Shown piece after piece: positions 9,427-17,526 of a DNA stretch of 64,000 nucleotides. The translations under genes and the position numbers were made by a program. The stretch is from an uncultured Acidimicrobiaceae bacterium. GTDB lineage: Bacteria > Actinomycetota > Acidimicrobiia > Acidimicrobiales > RAAP-2. Every line of letters starts with the position of its first letter. Position 1 is the stretch's first letter. The DNA is taken from contig CAVZZJ010000009.1 of the NCBI GenBank assembly GCA_963779735.1, forward strand, positions 189,622 through 253,621. Direction: 5' to 3'. Under the pieces are notes generated by a model. That model was not told the DNA's origin. It ran no database searches and worked only from the letters and a program-made list of their open reading frames with translations.

Positions 9427-10275
9427 GTGAGGATCGGCTTTCTCGGTGCGGGACGGATGGGTCGCCCGATGCTCGACCACCTGGTGGAGGCGGGCCACGA
9501 GGTCACCGTCCTGACGCGCCGGCCCGAGGCGCGGGCGGCCGCCGAGGCCGACGGGCTGGCGTGCGCCGACACCGTGGCGCAGACCGTGCGCGGCGCCGAG
9601 GTCGTCTTCGTGGTCGTCCTCAACGACGACCAGGTCCGGACGGTGTGCCTCGGCCCGGACGGGGCGATCGCCGCCATGGCCACGGGCGCGACGCTCGTCC
9701 AGCACACGACCTCTGACCCTGCGACCGCACAGCTACTCGTCGAGGCGGGTGCAGGCCGCGGCATCCGCGTGCTCGACGCGGCGCTCTCCGGTGGTCCGCA
9801 CGACATCGTCGCCGGCACCCTCACCCTGTGGGTCGGCGGTGACGAGCTCCTCCTCGAAGAGATGCGCCCCCTGCTCGAGACCTACGCCTCCCCCATCATG
9901 CTCGTCGGCCCTCCGGGCAACGGCCAGCGGGTCAAGCTGGTGAACAACTCGCTGTTCGTGGCCCAGGTGGGTCTGGCCGTCGACGCCGTGCGGCTCGCCG
10001 GCTCGCTCGGGATAGACGAGCGGGTCATCCTGGCCGCCGTGCAGCACGGCAGCGGCGCCAGCCGCGGCCTCGGCGTGGTGGCCGGGCTGGGATCGGTCGA
10101 CGCGGTCGGCGACCACCTGGCTGCGCTGATGGGCAAGGACGTCGCGGTGGTCCGCGAGGTGGCGCGACGGGCCGGCGTGGACCTCGGGATCATCGGAGAG
10201 GTGCTCTCGTCGGCGGCGGTGGAAGAGCGGGTGCTCCGTCGCTCGAGTGGTCACCCGGCGATGACGAGTCGGTAG
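9427..10275 (+). CDS. NAD(P)-dependent oxidoreductase (3-hydroxyisobutyrate/6-phosphogluconate dehydrogenase-like)
   Basis: N-terminal IGFLGAGRMG dinucleotide-binding motif, a later DA.LSGG motif, 282 aa. Confidence 0.8.
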   Translation: MRIGFLGAGRMGRPMLDHLVEAGHEVTVLTRRPEARAAAEADGLACADTVAQTVRGAEVVFVVVLNDDQVRTVCLGPDGAIAAMATGATLVQHTTSDPATAQLLVEAGAGRGIRVLDAALSGGPHDIVAGTLTLWVGGDELLLEEMRPLLETYASPIMLVGPPGNGQRVKLVNNSLFVAQVGLAVDAVRLAGSLGIDERVILAAVQHGSGASRGLGVVAGLGSVDAVGDHLAALMGKDVAVVREVARRAGVDLGIIGEVLSSAAVEERVLRRSSGHPAMTSR

Positions 10276-10286
10276 AGTCTGCACTG

Positions 10287-11297
10287 GTGTCGGGGGAAAA
10301 GGAGCGCCTCGTAGAAGCGGCGGGGCGGGAGGTGCGCATCTCGAGCCCCGACAAGATCTACTTCCCCGAGCTGGGCGCCACCAAGTTCGACCTGGTCTCG
10401 TACTACCTCGAGGTGGCCGAGGCGCTGCTCAACACCGCCGGCGGCCGTCCGGCCATGCTGCAGCGGTTTCCCAACGGCGCCACCGGCAGCTCGTTCTTCC
10501 AGAAGCGGGTGCCGCCCGGCGCCCCGTCGTGGCTGCGCACGACGACGGTCGTCACCCCGAACGGGACGACCTCCAACGCGCTCGTCGTGGCCGATATCGC
10601 CCATGTGCTGTGGGCGGTCAACCTCGGCTGCCTCGGGCTGCACCTGTGGCCGTACCTCGCCGCCGACCCCGACGTCGCCGATGAGCTCCGGATCGACCTC
10701 GACCCCCAGCCCGGCGTGGGGTTCGACGAGGTGCGCACGGCGGCCCTGCGCTGCCGCGAGCTTCTCACCGAGCTCGGCGTGGTCGCCTACCCGAAGACGA
10801 CCGGCAACCGGGGGCTGCACCTCTACATGCGCCTGGAGCCACGTTGGGACGCCACCACGGTGCGCGCCGCGGCGGTGGCCCTGGCCCGGGAGCTGGCACG
10901 CCGACATCCCGAACTGATCACCGCCGAGTGGTGGAAGGAGGAGCGCGGAAAGCGGGTCTTCGTCGACTTCAACCAGAACGCCCCCCACAAGACCGTCTTC
11001 GGGGCATGGTTCGCGCGTCCACGCAGCGGCGGCCAGGTCTCCTCGCCCCTGTCGTGGGACGAGATCGACGACGTCGTCCCCGACGACCTGACCATCCGGA
11101 CCGTCCCGGACCTCCTGCGGCGGAGGGGCGATCCCTGGGCGCTGATCGGACGGGAACCCCAGTCGCTCCAGCCGCTCCTCCAGCTCGCCGAGCGCGACCG
11201 GGCCGCGGGCCTTCACGACGCACCGTGGCCCCCCGAATACCCCAAGGGCGCCGACGAGCCGACGCGGGTCGCCCCCAGCCGGGCGAAGAAGGCCTAG
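10287..11297 (+). CDS. stand-alone LigD-type primase-polymerase domain protein (NHEJ PolDom)
   Basis: 336-aa ORF with V.ISSPDKIYFPE.G.TK.DLV.YY, FFQKR.P, RIDLDP, KTTGNRGLH.Y, VFVDFNQN. These are hallmark motifs of the LigD polymerase domain. Confidence 0.85.
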   Translation: MSGEKERLVEAAGREVRISSPDKIYFPELGATKFDLVSYYLEVAEALLNTAGGRPAMLQRFPNGATGSSFFQKRVPPGAPSWLRTTTVVTPNGTTSNALVVADIAHVLWAVNLGCLGLHLWPYLAADPDVADELRIDLDPQPGVGFDEVRTAALRCRELLTELGVVAYPKTTGNRGLHLYMRLEPRWDATTVRAAAVALARELARRHPELITAEWWKEERGKRVFVDFNQNAPHKTVFGAWFARPRSGGQVSSPLSWDEIDDVVPDDLTIRTVPDLLRRRGDPWALIGREPQSLQPLLQLAERDRAAGLHDAPWPPEYPKGADEPTRVAPSRAKKA

Positions 11298-11299
11298 CC

Positions 11300-12319
11300 G
11301 TGGACCCCGTCTCGGCCCTGCGCAGGATCTCCTACCTCTTGGAGCGAGACGGGGCGGACACCTACAAGGTCCGCGCCTTCCGCCAGGCCGCCCGGGCGCT
11401 CGAGCCGATGTCCCCTTCACAGCTGGCCGAGCTGGCCGCCGGCGGGCGCCTCCAGAGCATTCCCGGGGTGGGGAAGTCGACGGCGCGGGCCATCACCGAG
11501 GCGCTGGCCGGCGAGGTCCCCCAGTACCTGGCCACGCTCGAGACGGAGCCGCCGTCCGTCGCCCTCGACGCACCGGCCGAGGCGCTCCTCGACCAGCTCC
11601 GGGGGGACTGCCACTCGCACTCGGACTGGTCGGACGGGGGAAGCACCATTCGCGAGATGGCCGAGGCGGCAAGAGGCCTCGGTCACGACTACCTGGTCCT
11701 GACCGACCACAGCGCCCGGCTGACGGTGGCGCACGGCCTCGACGCCGGGCGGCTACGGGAACAGCTCACGGTTGTCCAGGCGCTCAACGAGGAGATGGCG
11801 CCGTTCCGGATCCTGACCGGCATAGAGGTGGACATCCTCGAGGACGGCACCCTGGACCAGGACGAGGACCTGCTCGCGCTGCTCGACGTGGTGGTGGCCA
11901 GCGTGCACTCCAAGCTGCGGATGGACGCCGGCGACATGACGGCCCGCATGCTCGCCGCCGTGGAGAGCCCCCACACCGACATCCTCGGACACTGCACCGG
12001 CCGGCTCATCACCGGCCGCGGGCGGCCGCCCTCCGCCTTCGACGCCGAGGCCGTCTTCGCCGCCTGCGGCCGCACGGGCACCGCCGTGGAGATCAACTCG
12101 CGTCCCGAGCGGCAGGATCCGCCCGAGGAGCTCCTGCGCCTGGCCATCGACCTGGGGTGCCTGGTGTCCATCGACAGCGACGCGCACGCTCCGGGCCAAC
12201 TCGAGTGGCTCGGTCGGGGTTGCGCCAACGCGGTCCGGGCCGAGGTGCCCGAAGAGCGCGTCGTGAACCGCGGCTCCGCCGACGAGCTCTTGGCCTGGAC
12301 GGCCACCCACGCCGCCTGA
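11300..12319 (+). CDS. helix-hairpin-helix + PHP domain protein (PolX C-terminal-like phosphoesterase, no polymerase palm)
   Basis: GTG at 11300, in frame within ORF 10844..12319. The N-terminus has YKVRAFRQAA..IPGVGKSTA (HhH). PHP metal motifs follow: GDCHSHSDWSDG, LTDHS, ASVHS, GHCTGR, DSDAH. Confidence 0.75.
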   Translation: MDPVSALRRISYLLERDGADTYKVRAFRQAARALEPMSPSQLAELAAGGRLQSIPGVGKSTARAITEALAGEVPQYLATLETEPPSVALDAPAEALLDQLRGDCHSHSDWSDGGSTIREMAEAARGLGHDYLVLTDHSARLTVAHGLDAGRLREQLTVVQALNEEMAPFRILTGIEVDILEDGTLDQDEDLLALLDVVVASVHSKLRMDAGDMTARMLAAVESPHTDILGHCTGRLITGRGRPPSAFDAEAVFAACGRTGTAVEINSRPERQDPPEELLRLAIDLGCLVSIDSDAHAPGQLEWLGRGCANAVRAEVPEERVVNRGSADELLAWTATHAA

Positions 12320-12350
12320 GGGGAACCCGGCTCGTAGGTACGATCGGGCG

Positions 12351-13412
12351 GTGACCCTCCCGCTCAGACCACCGGTGTCCCCGATGCTGGCCAAGCTCAC
12401 CCGAGAACTCCCCCGGGCCTCGGACATGTTCTACGAGCCCAAGTGGGACGGGTTCCGGTGCATCGTCTTCCGGGACGGCGACGAGGTGGAGCTCGGCAGC
12501 CGGAACGAGAAGCCCCTGACCCGCTACTTCCCCGAGCTGATGGACCCGCTCCGGCGCGATCTGCCCGATCGGTGCGTGCTCGACGGGGAGATCGTGATCG
12601 CCGGGCCTTCCGGCCTGGACTTCGACGCCTTGTCGCAGCGGATCCATCCGGCCGAGTCGCGGATCACCCTCCTGGCGGCGACGACGCCCGCATCCTTCGT
12701 GGCCTTCGACCTCCTCGCCCTCGGCGATCGCGACCTGTGCGATGCTCCCTACCGCGAGCGCAGGGGCCTTCTCGAAGAGGCGCTCAGATCCGCCACCGCA
12801 CCGGTGCACGTGACCCCGGTGACCAGCGACCCCGAGGTGGCCGCCGACTGGTTCTCCCGCTTCGAAGGAGCGGGCCTCGACGGTGTGGTGGCCAAGCCCG
12901 GCGATCTGCGCTACCTCCCCGACAAGCGGGCGATGTTCAAGGTCAAGCACGAACGGACCGCCGACTGCGTGGTGGCCGGCTTCCGATGGCACAAGGAGGG
13001 CGGGGTGATCGGATCGCTCCTGCTCGGCCTGTACGACCAGGACGGTGCGCTGCACCACGTCGGCGTGGCCTCGGGCTTCACCGCGGCCCGGCGCCGGGAG
13101 CTCGTGGCCGAACTCGAGCCGCTGCGGGCCGGCGCCGTCGAAGGCCACCCTTGGTTGGAGTCGGCCAGCGCGTCCAGCCGGCTCCCGGGCGGCACCAGCC
13201 GCTGGAGCGCGGGAAAGGACATGAGCTGGGAGCCCCTCCGGCCCGAACTGGTCTGCGAGGTGGGCTACGACCATCTCCAAGAGCAGCGCTTCCGTCACGG
13301 CACGTCCTTTCGTCGCTGGCGGGCCGATCGGGTGCCGTCCTCGTGCACCTATGCCCAGCTCGACACCCCGGTCCCGACCGAGCTGTCCTTGGTATTCGAC
13401 GCCCTCGGCTGA
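12351..13412 (+). CDS. ATP-dependent DNA ligase (LigC / LigD ligase-domain type)
   Basis: 353-aa ORF. Motif I is EPKWDGFR with the adenylation lysine. It also has LDGEIV, FVAFDLL, GLDGVVAK and a C-terminal OB-fold region. Confidence 0.85.
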   Translation: MTLPLRPPVSPMLAKLTRELPRASDMFYEPKWDGFRCIVFRDGDEVELGSRNEKPLTRYFPELMDPLRRDLPDRCVLDGEIVIAGPSGLDFDALSQRIHPAESRITLLAATTPASFVAFDLLALGDRDLCDAPYRERRGLLEEALRSATAPVHVTPVTSDPEVAADWFSRFEGAGLDGVVAKPGDLRYLPDKRAMFKVKHERTADCVVAGFRWHKEGGVIGSLLLGLYDQDGALHHVGVASGFTAARRRELVAELEPLRAGAVEGHPWLESASASSRLPGGTSRWSAGKDMSWEPLRPELVCEVGYDHLQEQRFRHGTSFRRWRADRVPSSCTYAQLDTPVPTELSLVFDALG

Positions 13413-13507
13413 CGCCGGGCGGGGCCGGGGGCAGGACCGGAGGGCGACCGGAGGGCGGGGCCCGGGGGCGGGCCCGGAGGGCGGGGTGGCCCGCATCATC
13501 AGTGGAG

Positions 13508-13604
13508 AAAGGTTCACGGTCAGGCGGCGGAGCGGCCAGGGCAACCCGCTCGACAGGATGGCGGCACGTACCCGATGGCGTGCCTCACGCACCCGCTGCG
13601 TCGG
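13508..13604 (-). repeat. comM/yifB 5'-fragment repeat, copy A (att-like)
   Basis: A 97-bp segment nearly identical to 40662-40757 (3 differences, one of them a 1-nt indel). The minus strand encodes [29 protein letters not shown] with no continuation of comM. Confidence 0.7.
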
Positions 13605-13650
13605 GGGTTGGGAGCAGTGGGCCGCTGCAGTGGGACTCAGGATTGGCCGA

Positions 13651-14412
13651 TCATCGGCGCCGAGCGACGAAGTACGCTCGAGCGCAATCGTCATTCGGGT
13701 CTTCGCCAGCTGGGTCAGTGACCTCCAGAAGGGTGAAGCGTGGCGCCAGCGCGGATTCGATCCTCCCAAGCCCCACGCCAAGTTCCCGAATCCGCTCATG
13801 ATGGAGGATGAACCGGTCCTCTCCCACATGCTCGAATACCTTGATTTCCCAGATCCACAGGTCGTCATGGTCCAGCTGGACATCCATGATGACAGTGTTG
13901 CCGTCGAAGTCTTGCACCCAGGGTTGAGCCTCACCGAGCTGGCGGAGCTCTCCGATGGTGTTGACGTCGAAAATGAACAGACCGCCTTCCACAAGGTGGT
14001 CATTGGTTCGCTCGAACAGATCGTTCCACAAGCTGAAACTGGGCAAGTGGTTCAAGGTGTCGAAGACGCACATGACGACGTCGAAGCGCTCACCGATGTC
14101 GAAGGTCGCGATGTCGCCCTCGATAAGACGAGCCTGAGGTACCTTGCCCCTCGCGATCGCCAACATCTCTGGTGACCGGTCCAAGCCGGTGAGTGATGGG
14201 AGGCTCGACAGCCCGGCGAGGATGGCTCCGGTGCCACACCCGAGTTCGAGCAGCGACGATGCCTCAGGGAGGTACTCGTCGATGGCCTCAAGAACGCGGG
14301 TGCTCTTGGGCTGGGGATCGTCCATGAGCGCGTCGTAAAAGCGGGCAAAGCTGTCGTAATCAAGCACGCTCCCATAGTGCCCGAAGACCGCCCTGACATG
14401 GAGAGGCCGCAC
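13651..14412 (-). CDS. class I SAM-dependent methyltransferase
   Basis: Within ORF 13651..14796. SAM motif I is LLELGCGTG. There are post-I acidic residues and a FIFDV motif. Putative GTG start at 14412. GC is lower than in the flanks. Confidence 0.7.
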   Translation of the reverse strand: MRPLHVRAVFGHYGSVLDYDSFARFYDALMDDPQPKSTRVLEAIDEYLPEASSLLELGCGTGAILAGLSSLPSLTGLDRSPEMLAIARGKVPQARLIEGDIATFDIGERFDVVMCVFDTLNHLPSFSLWNDLFERTNDHLVEGGLFIFDVNTIGELRQLGEAQPWVQDFDGNTVIMDVQLDHDDLWIWEIKVFEHVGEDRFILHHERIRELGVGLGRIESALAPRFTLLEVTDPAGEDPNDDCARAYFVARRR

Positions 14413-14603
14413 GTATCGGCGGCAACGGCTGAAGGGTCCGAATATTGGGACGGCATCGTCGCTGCCTTCGGAACGCCCCGTGATGCGATGGACTCCGACG
14501 AGGAAACTCCGAAGGCCGAACGAATTCGGGCAATCATCGCTTCGGGGAAACCGCTGTGCCCAAGGCCGTCGTCCGCCTGCCAAGCGACCCCCGACGAAAA
14601 TGG

Positions 14604-15044
14604 TCAATCGCTGTCGAGGACGTATCGGGGACCGGAGCCCCGTTTCGCAGCCAGGTCGTCGGGGTTCATCAATTTGCAGACCCCCAACGAGAGGCAGCCA
14701 CAGCCGATGCACGCACCGAGGCGGTCCCGCAGTCGTTCGAGCATGGCGATCCGGGCGTCGATACGGGGACGCCACGAGTTGGACAGCCGCTGCCAATCCT
14801 TCTGATTCGGGGTACGGCTCTTTGGCAACGAACCCAGAGCAGCGCGGATCTCCTCGAGGGAGAGCCCGACTTGCTGGGCTACGAGGATGAATGACACCCG
14901 CCGGATGACGTCGCGGGCGTATCGGCGCTGTCCCCCGTCGGATCGGGTGGCCGAGATGAGACCCTCGGTCTCGTAGTACCGCAGCGCCGAGGTGGCCACG
15001 CCGGTACGTTCGCTCACGGCGCCGATCGTCAACTCTGGTCCCAT
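14604..15044 (-). CDS. soxR: redox-sensitive transcriptional activator SoxR (MerR family, [2Fe-2S])
   Basis: MerR HTH (LTIGAVSERTGVATSALRYYE) plus the SoxR cluster motif CIGCGCLSLGVCKLMNP near the C-terminus. Confidence 0.85.
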   Translation of the reverse strand: MGPELTIGAVSERTGVATSALRYYETEGLISATRSDGGQRRYARDVIRRVSFILVAQQVGLSLEEIRAALGSLPKSRTPNQKDWQRLSNSWRPRIDARIAMLERLRDRLGACIGCGCLSLGVCKLMNPDDLAAKRGSGPRYVLDSD

Positions 15045-15068
15045 CGCCTCGAATCTATCTGGAATTCC

Positions 15069-15100
15069 CTTGACTTCAAGTGAACTTGAACAAGTACGGT
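15069..15100 (+). promoter_or_regulatory. SoxR-box promoter (-35 TTGACT, 19-nt spacer containing an inverted repeat, -10 TACGGT)
   Basis: TTGACT is at 15070-15075 and TACGGT at 15095-15100. The 19-nt spacer carries the perfect inverted repeat TTCAAGT-GA-ACTTGAA (15075-15090). It lies between soxR and the divergent oxidoreductase gene. Confidence 0.65.
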
Positions 15101-15127
15101 CGATACGAAACGAGCAAAGGAGCGTTC

Positions 15128-16108
15128 ATGCAGGCAATCCAGGTGGCACAGTTCGGCGGTCCAGAGGTGCTGGTGCCGGTCGACGTCCCCGACCCCATCG
15201 CCGGCCCGGGACAAGCGGTCATCGCCGCGACGGCAGCCGATCTCCTCTTCCTCGACGCCGTGATCCGCTCCGGCTTGGCCACCGAGTTCTTCCCGCTCCT
15301 GCCCCCCTACATCCCGGGCAACGGCGTTGCCGGCACCGTGGTCTCCGTCGGACCGGACACCGATGGCAACTGGATCGGTCGGCAGGTGGTGGCCCGCACC
15401 GGGGACAACGGTGGATCGGGAGGATACGCCCAGCGGGCGGTCGTTGCGGTCGATCACTTGGTCCCGGTTCCCGACAGCCTTGGCCTCCTCGAAGCCGCAG
15501 CCTTGCTCCACGATGGAGCCACCGCGCTGGGCCTGGTCGAGAGCTTTCCGATCCAATCCGGCCAATGGGTGCTCGTCGTGGGCGCCAGTGGCGGCCTCGG
15601 GGCCCTGTTGGTACAGCTGGCCCGCGTCGCCGGTGGACATGTCATTGGAGCAGCCCGTGGCCCGGCGAAACTGGACCTGGCCCTAGAGGTCGGCGCCGAC
15701 CTGGCGGTCGACAATTCCGATCCGGACTGGCCCAAAGCGGTGATCGAAGCGACCGGAGGTCACGGGGTGGACCTGGTGTTCGACAATGTCGGCGGACCCG
15801 TCGGCCTCGCCTCATTCGGGGCCATCGCCGCGGGCGGCCGGTTCTCCGCCCATGGTGCTCCCGCCGGCGGGTTCACCGTCGTCGACCCGACCGAAGCCGC
15901 CCGCCTCGGGGTGACCATACGAGGGATAGAACAGGCCCAGTTCTCCCCCTCCGACCTGATCCGGCTGACCAGAAGGGCGCTGGCCGACGGTGCCGAGGGG
16001 CTCATCCGTCCGATCATCGGACAAACCTTCCCGCTGGAACACGCGGCCGACGCGCACCGGGCCATCGAGACCCGCACCGTCATCGGGAAGACCTTGCTGG
16101 TCATCTGA
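15128..16108 (+). CDS. quinone oxidoreductase / zinc-type alcohol dehydrogenase superfamily (MDR) protein
   Basis: ATG at 15128 is preceded by AAAGGAG. N-terminus is MQAIQVAQFGGPEVL. The NAD(P) site is VVGASGGLG. C-terminus is GKTLLV. Confidence 0.8.
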   Translation: MQAIQVAQFGGPEVLVPVDVPDPIAGPGQAVIAATAADLLFLDAVIRSGLATEFFPLLPPYIPGNGVAGTVVSVGPDTDGNWIGRQVVARTGDNGGSGGYAQRAVVAVDHLVPVPDSLGLLEAAALLHDGATALGLVESFPIQSGQWVLVVGASGGLGALLVQLARVAGGHVIGAARGPAKLDLALEVGADLAVDNSDPDWPKAVIEATGGHGVDLVFDNVGGPVGLASFGAIAAGGRFSAHGAPAGGFTVVDPTEAARLGVTIRGIEQAQFSPSDLIRLTRRALADGAEGLIRPIIGQTFPLEHAADAHRAIETRTVIGKTLLVI

Positions 16109-16980
16109 TGCCACTCGACCACGCCCACGCCCAGTACCTCACCGACCACTATCGGGGACGCCTGGCCACCGTGGCAGCTGACGGCACGCCGCAGAACAAG
16201 CCCGTCGGCTACCACTACAACCCCGAGCTGGGCACCATCGACATCGCCGGGTTCAACATGGACACCTCGGCCAAGTACCGCAACATCGCCGTCCACCCGG
16301 AGGTGTCATTCGTGGTCGATGACGCCATCGGCGAGGGAGCTTCGGCCATGCGGTTCGTCGAGGTCCGCGGCCGGGCCGAACAAGCGCAGGTCAACCCGCC
16401 AGCTGACGCAGAGGGCCTGAGCGGGCACATCATCCGCATCCACCCGCGCCGGGTCGTGAGCTGGAACGCCGATCCAGACCGTCCCGGTCTGCAAACGCAG
16501 ACTCTGGTTCCAGCGGCCGGGCCGGAGAGCTCAACGGGCGAGCGCCCGACGCTCGGGACCGACGGCCTCGTCACTGACGAGGCCGCTACGGTCGTCGCCC
16601 GCCTGGTCGCCGAACTCCAAGCCGGCCTCGACACTCACGACGCCGACACCTTCAACCGCCACTTTGCCGCCGACGTCGTCTGGGGCAGCCCCTACGGCGC
16701 CACCGTCCTCGGCTACGACGAGCTCCACGCCATACACACCTCGCTGCTGACACGCGGTGTCGGCGGTCCGTCGTCGCGCTACGAGACCGTTCACGTCCTC
16801 TCCCCCACCCCAGATGTCGTCGTCGCCCACGTTCGCCGGGTCGCCCTCGACTCCGTCGGCCGACCTTTCGAACCACCCGCAAACCCCGGCGCCGGTTTCT
16901 CTGAAATGGCGCTCTACGTCCTCGTCCGCCGAGGGGGGGACTGGTGGCTCGCCGCTGGACAGAACACACCCATCGGCTGA
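16108..16980 (+). CDS. fusion: PPOX-class F420/FMN-binding split-barrel domain + SgcJ/EcaC (SnoaL-like) domain
   Basis: The ATG overlaps the upstream TGA (ATGA type). The N-terminal half (GRLATV..DGTPQNKPVGY..FVVDD) is PNPOx-like. The C-terminal half (D.F..HFA.DVVWGSPYG.., WWL.AGQNTPI) is SgcJ/EcaC-like. Confidence 0.7.
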   Translation: MPLDHAHAQYLTDHYRGRLATVAADGTPQNKPVGYHYNPELGTIDIAGFNMDTSAKYRNIAVHPEVSFVVDDAIGEGASAMRFVEVRGRAEQAQVNPPADAEGLSGHIIRIHPRRVVSWNADPDRPGLQTQTLVPAAGPESSTGERPTLGTDGLVTDEAATVVARLVAELQAGLDTHDADTFNRHFAADVVWGSPYGATVLGYDELHAIHTSLLTRGVGGPSSRYETVHVLSPTPDVVVAHVRRVALDSVGRPFEPPANPGAGFSEMALYVLVRRGGDWWLAAGQNTPIG

Positions 16981-17043
16981 CTTGGCGCGCCCCGCCGCCA
17001 GCTACATCGACCGATCAGCACCGGCTTCAACCAGGTAGCGACC

Positions 17044-17412
17044 GTGACGGCCCACCTCGACCGCGTCGTTCGCTTCTACCAAACGGTCTTCGACCCGGCG
17101 GTCACCTTCGAGATGGCCGCTACTGACGATCACCCCCGCATGGTTATCCTCGACCCCGACCTCGGCAGCGGCAGCGCCCTCAACGTCACCGAACAACCGA
17201 CGGATACGATCATCGGTGACCGCACCACGCCAGGTGGTCGCGGTCCAATCGACCACTACGACATCGCCGTCTCGTCCCGCGCCGATCTCGACCAGATACG
17301 CGACCGACTCGTCGCCGCCGACATCGGCACCATTCACCAGCTGGGCGACACCTGGTCGCTCTTCTTCCGCGACCCAGACGGCATGGAACTCGAAGTATGC
17401 ACGCCAAACTGA
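17044..17412 (+). CDS. VOC family protein
   Basis: 122-aa ORF. It is a paralog of 57886..58323, with shared GGRGPIDHY and FFRDPDG.ELEV segments. Confidence 0.7.
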   Translation: MTAHLDRVVRFYQTVFDPAVTFEMAATDDHPRMVILDPDLGSGSALNVTEQPTDTIIGDRTTPGGRGPIDHYDIAVSSRADLDQIRDRLVAADIGTIHQLGDTWSLFFRDPDGMELEVCTPN

Positions 17413-17526
17413 ACCCAACCGCAGACCCGCGGAATCCCTTATAGTGGACCGATTGCCCTGGTAGTTCTGTCCAGTTCCTGCGGCAAGACGCCAGCTTGCT
17501 TCGTACTCAGAACGACGAGGAATCCG

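Noticed and set aside
10844-12319. Several long composite ORFs taken at face value as single genes: 491 aa (10844..12319), 662 aa (14992..16980), 465 aa (56926..58323), 453 aa (7126..8487) and 373 aa (2715..3836).
   Set aside because: Their N-terminal parts are Arg/Pro-rich and overlap the upstream gene in another frame. Recognisable domains begin at internal start codons (11300, 16108, 57886, 8031, 3039), often with an SD sequence or stop-start overlap.
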